Below, in pieces: positions 58,478 through 64,000 of a stretch of DNA of 64,000 bases. The position numbers were made by a program, and so were the translations under genes. Under the pieces are notes generated by a model. The model was given only the letters and a program-made list of their open reading frames with translations, was not told the origin of the DNA and made no database searches. Source of the DNA: a virus (taxonomy: Duplodnaviria; Caudoviricetes); IMG/VR virus record IMGVR_UViG_3300037512_001279, positions 57,657 through 121,656 of that record. One strand, 5' to 3'. The first letter of the stretch is position 1; the number at the start of each line of letters is the position of its first letter.

Positions 58478-58683
58478 AGCACCCCCTTTACGAAATCCTT
58501 TTCCGTAGGTAAGTATGGCAACATTATGTTAAACGCAGCTCGTACAAAATCCTTCTTGCTAGTAAACAAAGCCGTTTTACCTTTGCGTTGAAACCGCACG
58601 TCATTTGCCACAAGGATCTTCTCTTCTTTTGTTGTGAACGGTTCTATTACGTAGGTTCTCATATTAACCCCCTTTCTACGCAC
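58474..58683 (-). CDS. hypothetical protein
   Basis: Packing. Confidence 0.55.
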   Translation of the reverse strand: MRRKGVNMRTYVIEPFTTKEEKILVANDVRFQRKGKTALFTSKKDFVRAAFNIMLPYLPTEKDFVKGVL

Positions 58684-58907
58684 ATTTCCGTTAATATGCG
58701 TATCTGTCTGTCATTCATTTCGTCAAGGTCAACAATCTGTTGCGATGAAATCCGGCCTGTTTTCCTTACGTTATTGTAAAGGTCTACGTTGAAGTTGTAG
58801 ACTTCCATTATCTCGCAATAGTGACTGTCGGTTTCTGATTCCTTGTTGATTAACATTCCAACAAGGATGATCGTGCGTTCCATCATCCTCATAATGTCGT
58901 CCAACAT
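58659..58907 (-). CDS. hypothetical protein
   Basis: GAGG RBS. Confidence 0.55.
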   Translation of the reverse strand: MLDDIMRMMERTIILVGMLINKESETDSHYCEIMEVYNFNVDLYNNVRKTGRISSQQIVDLDEMNDRQIRILTEMCVERGLI

Positions 58908-58911
58908 ATAA

Positions 58912-59214
58912 TCACCTCGCTTCCTTTATGATCTTAAACCACTCAGTTTCGTTTCCGTATTCCGACACAAAACCTATGTTTCCGTCATTGAACCTTACAA
59001 TATCCGCACCGTCCTTTACTGCGAGGTATTGCAGTCCGTCAATTACGTACTCAAACCGTATGTATCCGTTGGAATATTCAAGCAAGTATTGTTTGCCTTC
59101 CGGTAATATCAGATTATCTTTGAGGTATTCCATTTGTGACTCAAACAACTTGTCATAACATATTGCGTCTTTTGCTCGTTCCATGACGTATCTCCACGTT
59201 ACCTTCATTTGCAC
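58912..59214 (-). CDS. hypothetical protein
   Basis: Packing. Confidence 0.6.
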   Translation of the reverse strand: MQMKVTWRYVMERAKDAICYDKLFESQMEYLKDNLILPEGKQYLLEYSNGYIRFEYVIDGLQYLAVKDGADIVRFNDGNIGFVSEYGNETEWFKIIKEAR

Positions 59215-59585
59215 ACTCTCCCTTCCTCAATCTCCACAAACAACTCCGTATAACTGGAATATCTGTGGGCTATGATTGCGTCGTCGGTTACGTTCTTTGG
59301 CGTAAATCCGTTAAAGAACGTTACGGAAACAAGGTCACCTTCAAAGTTATCCTCGACTCCGTAGAACTGATACAGCAAACCCGTTGCAGTTGATACTGTT
59401 ACAAGGTCGTTTGCTTCGTCAATTTCCGTTACTATGCATGTCTTGCTGTAGATCGTTTCCGTTTTGAACAAAAGCCATACGCCAATAATGAACAGAGCCA
59501 TAATGCCAAGGATTGCGTTCGCGGTGTTTTCTATCTTCATAATCATTCCCTTTCCTTTGCTAGATTTTTCGTGTGGAGTTTCCAC
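59205..59585 (-). CDS. membrane-anchored hypothetical protein
   Basis: N-terminal TM; TP..VTDDAII. Confidence 0.6.
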   Translation of the reverse strand: METPHEKSSKGKGMIMKIENTANAILGIMALFIIGVWLLFKTETIYSKTCIVTEIDEANDLVTVSTATGLLYQFYGVEDNFEGDLVSVTFFNGFTPKNVTDDAIIAHRYSSYTELFVEIEEGRVCK

Positions 59586-59996
59586 GCATCCTCAAAGTTG
59601 TCAATCACTTCCTTTTCGGTGTCGAATACCCAATAGAAGCCACAACCGTAGACTTCCCATTTTTCAGTATCTTCGTTATAGTCGATGTATACCATTTACT
59701 TCACCACCCTTTCCCTTGTGAAAATAACGTAAATGCCAACAGGCACAAAGATCATGCCTAGCGTCAAGTCCTGTAACAGGATTGCGTCTAAAACTGACAG
59801 TATTATAAAAATTACTCCGTACAATTTCTGCTTCCTCAATCCCACAACCCCCTCTCAATTTCCCTTATTCTCTGAACTTCTTCCTCAATCTCGTCAAATT
59901 GCGGCTTCATTACAACGTACAATGCAACGCCGCCAAGTGCCATTAAAATGATGCAGATAACGTTATAGATAATCCACAACATAATCGTTCCTTTCC

Positions 59997-60326
59997 CTAC
60001 GACAACCTTGCGGTGCGCAGTATGCGTGTGATTTCCGTTTCCGTTAGTGCGTTCATGATTGCGTTTATTACTTTTTGTGGGTAATATAAATCCTTCGCAA
60101 TCTTCTTTGCGTCTACCTTTGCCTTTTCAAGGTACGCTTCCCTTGCGTCACGGATAATGATGGCATCTTCCGTGTTTGCATCAATTACCTTCTCGTTGTC
60201 AATGACAACGTAATAGGTGCAGCGAGGGTTGGCGAGGAAGTCTTTCATTTCCCTTCTAGTTGCAATTCTCTTATCAAAACCGCTCTTGTGGCGTGTTCCG
60301 TTTGCGTGGTATCTGTATGCGTTCAT
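59997..60326 (-). CDS. hypothetical protein
   Basis: Start MNAYRY after AAAGGAG; AKDL.Y...I..A.TE.EITRIL..AR. Confidence 0.65.
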   Translation of the reverse strand: MNAYRYHANGTRHKSGFDKRIATRREMKDFLANPRCTYYVVIDNEKVIDANTEDAIIIRDAREAYLEKAKVDAKKIAKDLYYPQKVINAIMNALTETEITRILRTARLS

Positions 60327-60615
60327 TTGCGTTTCTCCTTTCATTGTTTCCGTGTTAATTAAATTCTCCGTTTCCGTATAAATTTGCATAAAAATAAAGC
60401 CTAGGAGTTTTCCGTTACGTACTCCCATGCTTCATTTTCCGTTGGAAATGCAATATTACAGTCAGGTAAATACCAATTTCCGTACTTCATGTATGGCAAT
60501 CTTTATCACCTCGCTTTCCGTTTGCATAAAAATAAGACCTACCCCGTAGCCGTGGCGACATCTTGTCGCCTATCCGGAATAAGTCCGTTAATTTTGCGCA
60601 TAAAAAAAAAGAACC

Positions 60616-60846
60616 TCAGTTTTGAGGTTCTTCGTCAATCAATTCTTTTATTACTTCGATTAGCTTGTCTTTGCTTCGTATTGATATGTCCGTTCCACGT
60701 ACACTAACCGTTCCGTGTTTTGTCTTAACTACGTATTTCATAAATTCAGGATTGTCAATCACGTATCCAATGTCATTATTTTCCGTTCTTACAACATCTC
60801 CGACTTTAGTAATCATCCTTCTCACATAATCACCGCCTTTCACCAA
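60616..60846 (-). CDS. small SH3/KOW-like protein
   Basis: KVGDVV...GYVI. Confidence 0.55.
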   Translation of the reverse strand: MVKGGDYVRRMITKVGDVVRTENNDIGYVIDNPEFMKYVVKTKHGTVSVRGTDISIRSKDKLIEVIKELIDEEPQN

Positions 60847-60865
60847 TGATTATATCAGATTTGCG

Positions 60866-61036
60866 TTACCTGCACAATCCACAGAACTTAGCGTGCGTTG
60901 CTCGTGCCGAGCTTGCGTCAAAGTCAGTCCATGCTCGTACGGTTTTTCCATATCTGTTTACAATGATCGTCTCAAATACCTTGCCGTACTGATTGGTGCT
61001 TACCGTGAATCCCTTAATGCTCTTTCTTATGCTCAT
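60866..61036 (-). CDS. small hypothetical protein
   Basis: AAAGGA RBS; start MSIRKS. Confidence 0.55.
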   Translation of the reverse strand: MSIRKSIKGFTVSTNQYGKVFETIIVNRYGKTVRAWTDFDASSARATHAKFCGLCR

Positions 61037-62175
61037 ATTATTCCTTTCTGCCCTTAACCCTAGGCGCAGGGTATTTAATAATGCGTGTGTCGGACTTGAA
61101 CCGGATGGCGTCCCAAGATATATACGCACACGCAACTTGTAGGACTGTTAGTGGGATACACATATCATGCTCCCATGCCTCGTCACTCCATACGGATTTT
61201 ATTTTTTCAGACGGGATTGCACCGTCTGTGACTACCTGCCATTAACTGCAAACAACCAAGCAATAATGCTCTCACGGTTGAAGTCGTGGTCTTTGTGCTT
61301 ACTGATCGTCATTTGTCATGGATGATTATGGCGTTTACTCGTCAGCTTTTATTGCTTGACTCGTTATACCACAATCACCCACTTCAAATGCTTCACCCTG
61401 TTCACTACGTACCGCATACCTCAAACGCATTGCCGCTAAGCATCGCATACATACTGAGCTGTCGCACGTTGAATGGTTTTTATGACGACTCCTTGTGTCA
61501 ATCAGTTGTCGTTTTTGTACTAGGATGGCAACCACTTTCTTTCGCTCGTTTGTGGATATGTCTACTTTAGGGCCACCACTTTCTTGCGCCCTTATCCTCG
61601 ACTTTACTGTGTTCGTAAGAAACACATTGACCTGCCCACCTAGTCAGGCTCCTACCTGCTTGTCGGCCTATGGCAACTTCTTCCGGCATTTACGAAACTT
61701 GAAACATGGATTCTTACGACCATGGATCGTTGTTTCAACCACGTCTGTCGTACTTTCATTACGTAACGAACACCATCCTTTCTCCGCATATTTGCAAGCC
61801 ATACATACCGTTTGTCGGTTTATCAAACGTATCATTGGCATGACTTGTAGTGCGTGTTGTTCTCGTATGCACGTAATTCATCGGCACGATTTGTTTGGGA
61901 TGCCTGTCACCCGTGTCTTATCAGCCTATCACGGTTTTATTTGTGTGTTTTTGGGATATGAGTAGTTGATGACTTGCTCAGGTCAGAATGGGGTAATCTT
62001 ACGTCTTGCCCCTTGGACGTGACCTAGGACGCTTTTAATTCGCGTCCTAACGCACCGAGCTTAACACCTGTTTATACACGCCCGGTCGTGTTTTCATCTC
62101 GTGTCTCCTCTCTCGCGCCTTTTAAGACGCGTCTTTTTGTTTTCGCCGCTAAAAAAAATTGCTTTATGGCGCGTA

Positions 62176-62212
62176 AAAAAAAAGAGCAGAGGGGATTTTA
62201 CTCCCCTCTGTC
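62176..62212 (-). terminator. intrinsic terminator after the first early gene
   Basis: CAGAGGGGAG-TAAA-ATCCCCTCTG followed by T-tract on minus strand. Confidence 0.7.
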
Positions 62213-62217
62213 TGCGA

Positions 62218-62727
62218 TCACTTCTGATTCGCCTTTGCATATGCCTTGCGGGCCTTGATGTACTCGTCCGCCTTAGCCTTGTTCGGAAATGCCCAAAAGA
62301 GATCCTTCGCGTCGTAGTCGCCAGCAAACTTCGCGCCCAATTCCTTCGCACTCGCCTTGAGTGCGTAGCGCATCTTCTTGCCCTTTTCGCCGCCAATGGG
62401 GCAGTTGATATACAGGCGATACTGCTTTTTGCCGTCCACGTCAACCGACGTTACGGTCACGAAATCCTCTTGCCACATGGGCTTGCCAGGAACGGTGGTG
62501 GAAGCCGTAGGCTTTTCGTCGGGGAGGTGAAGCTGCTTGTCGGGTGCTAAAACCGTAGGCTTTACGGGAGCGGTTACGGGAGTGCTTGCCACGGGCGCAT
62601 TTACCATGCCTCGTACGATGTCGAGGATCTTTTGCGCGTTGGTGTCGTCAAGGCGTGCGATTTCAACGCCGTTGATTGCGATAATGTTGTCAAGTACGGG
62701 TGCAGATGCGAGATTAAGGTTTAACAT
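62218..62727 (-). CDS. hypothetical early protein with Pro/Thr/Ala linker
   Basis: Start MLNLNL after AAAGGA; GC-richer codon usage. Confidence 0.7.
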   Translation of the reverse strand: MLNLNLASAPVLDNIIAINGVEIARLDDTNAQKILDIVRGMVNAPVASTPVTAPVKPTVLAPDKQLHLPDEKPTASTTVPGKPMWQEDFVTVTSVDVDGKKQYRLYINCPIGGEKGKKMRYALKASAKELGAKFAGDYDAKDLFWAFPNKAKADEYIKARKAYAKANQK

Positions 62728-63187
62728 AAGCCATTCCTTTCTCCCCTGTTGCGGTGGGGAACCGTGTGTGGTTTGATTGTTTCGCTCGGCGGTGGAGCTG
62801 TCGAGCTTGATTCCACAATACTCAACCAAAAAATCCGTGCAGAACGCACAAAAATGCTGATTTTTGTGACTTTACTTGTGGCGAAAAAATTGAGATCATG
62901 GGGGTGGCAAAAACTATAGAGTCCCTGGTTTTTTGAATTTGGGGATGAGTACCATCATCAACACACCACCTAAAATTTTCAACAGTAACAATTCAGGAAT
63001 AACAACTTTTACCGCATAAAAAATCAACATATTTTTCTCTCTTTAATAACCAAAACCCAGTAAAATAACGACTCCTGAACATATCTGCCTGATTATCGCG
63101 ACAATTATTTGATTGCTATTTTGTTATGTTCATATGAGCATTAGTTCATATGTAATAATATGATGCTGCCATTATTCCGCCATTATA

Positions 63188-63275
63188 TTATCCACAATCC
63201 AGTAAAACTAAAATCTTAGCATATAATAATCGACAATTTGAGTTATCCACACATTTATCCACATAGATATCCACA
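63188..63275 (+). promoter_or_regulatory. DnaA-box cluster
   Basis: TTATCCACA at 63188, 63243, 63255 and ATATCCACA at 63267. Confidence 0.65.
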
Positions 63276-63479
63276 TAATAATTATGTTGAGTGGGGCGAA
63301 CACGGAATTATCCGCCAGATAATTATGTCAACAATACCAGAACGTGTATAAAACAACAGCCTCTAAAGGAAAAATCTTATCACTACCACCACGCGACCAG
63401 AATCCGCAATCATTAACACAAAAATCCTGCCACCGGATCACTCCATCCGGCCAGCAGGACTACACTCTTGCAACCACTA

Positions 63480-64000
63480 TTAAATAATATAATATACTCT
63501 ATTATTCATTCATACATAAAGACTATGAACTAAATATTATTTATTCCAACCATATAACTATTATAAATATATATAATAATATCTTTTCTCTTTACAGGCT
63601 AAAGAAAAAATATATATATTGGCTACACGAAGTGTAGCCCACTAAAACTATAAATTGGAATAATTATTCCCAGAAGAATATGTATTCCAATTTTAAAATT
63701 ATAATTATAATATTGGAAACACATTCCATAAAAGAAAGTATATTCTAACATATAGATTATTATTATTGTTATGGAAAGACATTCTACTCAGGAATATATA
63801 TTCATATATATAGATTTATTATTATTCATACCATTAGTCTTTCTACTCAGATTAATATATTCATACCATTAGTTATAATTTATTTTTATTTTTTTATTTA
63901 TAAAGTTATAGTATAAGGACTAAAGATATACAATAAGGTATAACTATAGTATATATACTGTTAAAGACATAATTACATGTTATAGTTATAATTACTTGTT
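63480..64000. repeat. very AT-rich non-coding tract with short direct repeats
   Basis: TTCTACTCAG x2, TATTCATACCATTAG x2, TATAGATT(T)ATTATTATT x2; no ORFs. Confidence 0.6.

Overview
This window is about 64 kb of a large, AT-rich temperate phage, probably of a Clostridia/Lachnospiraceae-like Firmicute, with a gene layout like SPbeta (inferred from gene content). The + strand holds the end of the tail module (1-4.8 kb). An intact attP follows, with a tRNA 3'-end core flanked on both sides by TGATTACAA arm repeats, next to a tyrosine integrase. Almost everything else is on the - strand. It includes dUTPase; anaerobic RNR nrdD, interrupted by a LAGLIDADG intein and an HNH-encoding group I intron; an HPr-like protein; and a SleB-like hydrolase. 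A radical SAM/SPASM enzyme is followed by an array of small proteins starting M-K-x-R-x-D-F-V-T-N-S-S-S-S-S-F. Next come a macro domain, a BglII/BstYI + MT-A70 R-M pair, dnaE split by an ORF-less group I intron, an exonuclease, a primase-helicase, SSB, a Sak4-like ATPase and an HNH nuclease. The control region has DUF262, a phage sigma factor, a LexA-box switch and a divergent HTH regulator, followed by a second tyrosine recombinase, RadC/JAB and a long run of small early genes. Five tnpB genes lie in IS200/IS605-type elements with no intact tnpA; one is nested inside a MITE. The right end is non-coding, with structured-RNA candidates, a DnaA-box cluster and an AT-rich tract. The best candidate for an undescribed system is the rSAM/SPASM + FVTNSSSSSF array. 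Other candidates are two structured RNAs, a strongly polarised TTCCGT hexamer and a palindromic motif at gene junctions. All family calls come from motif recognition by eye; no searches were run.
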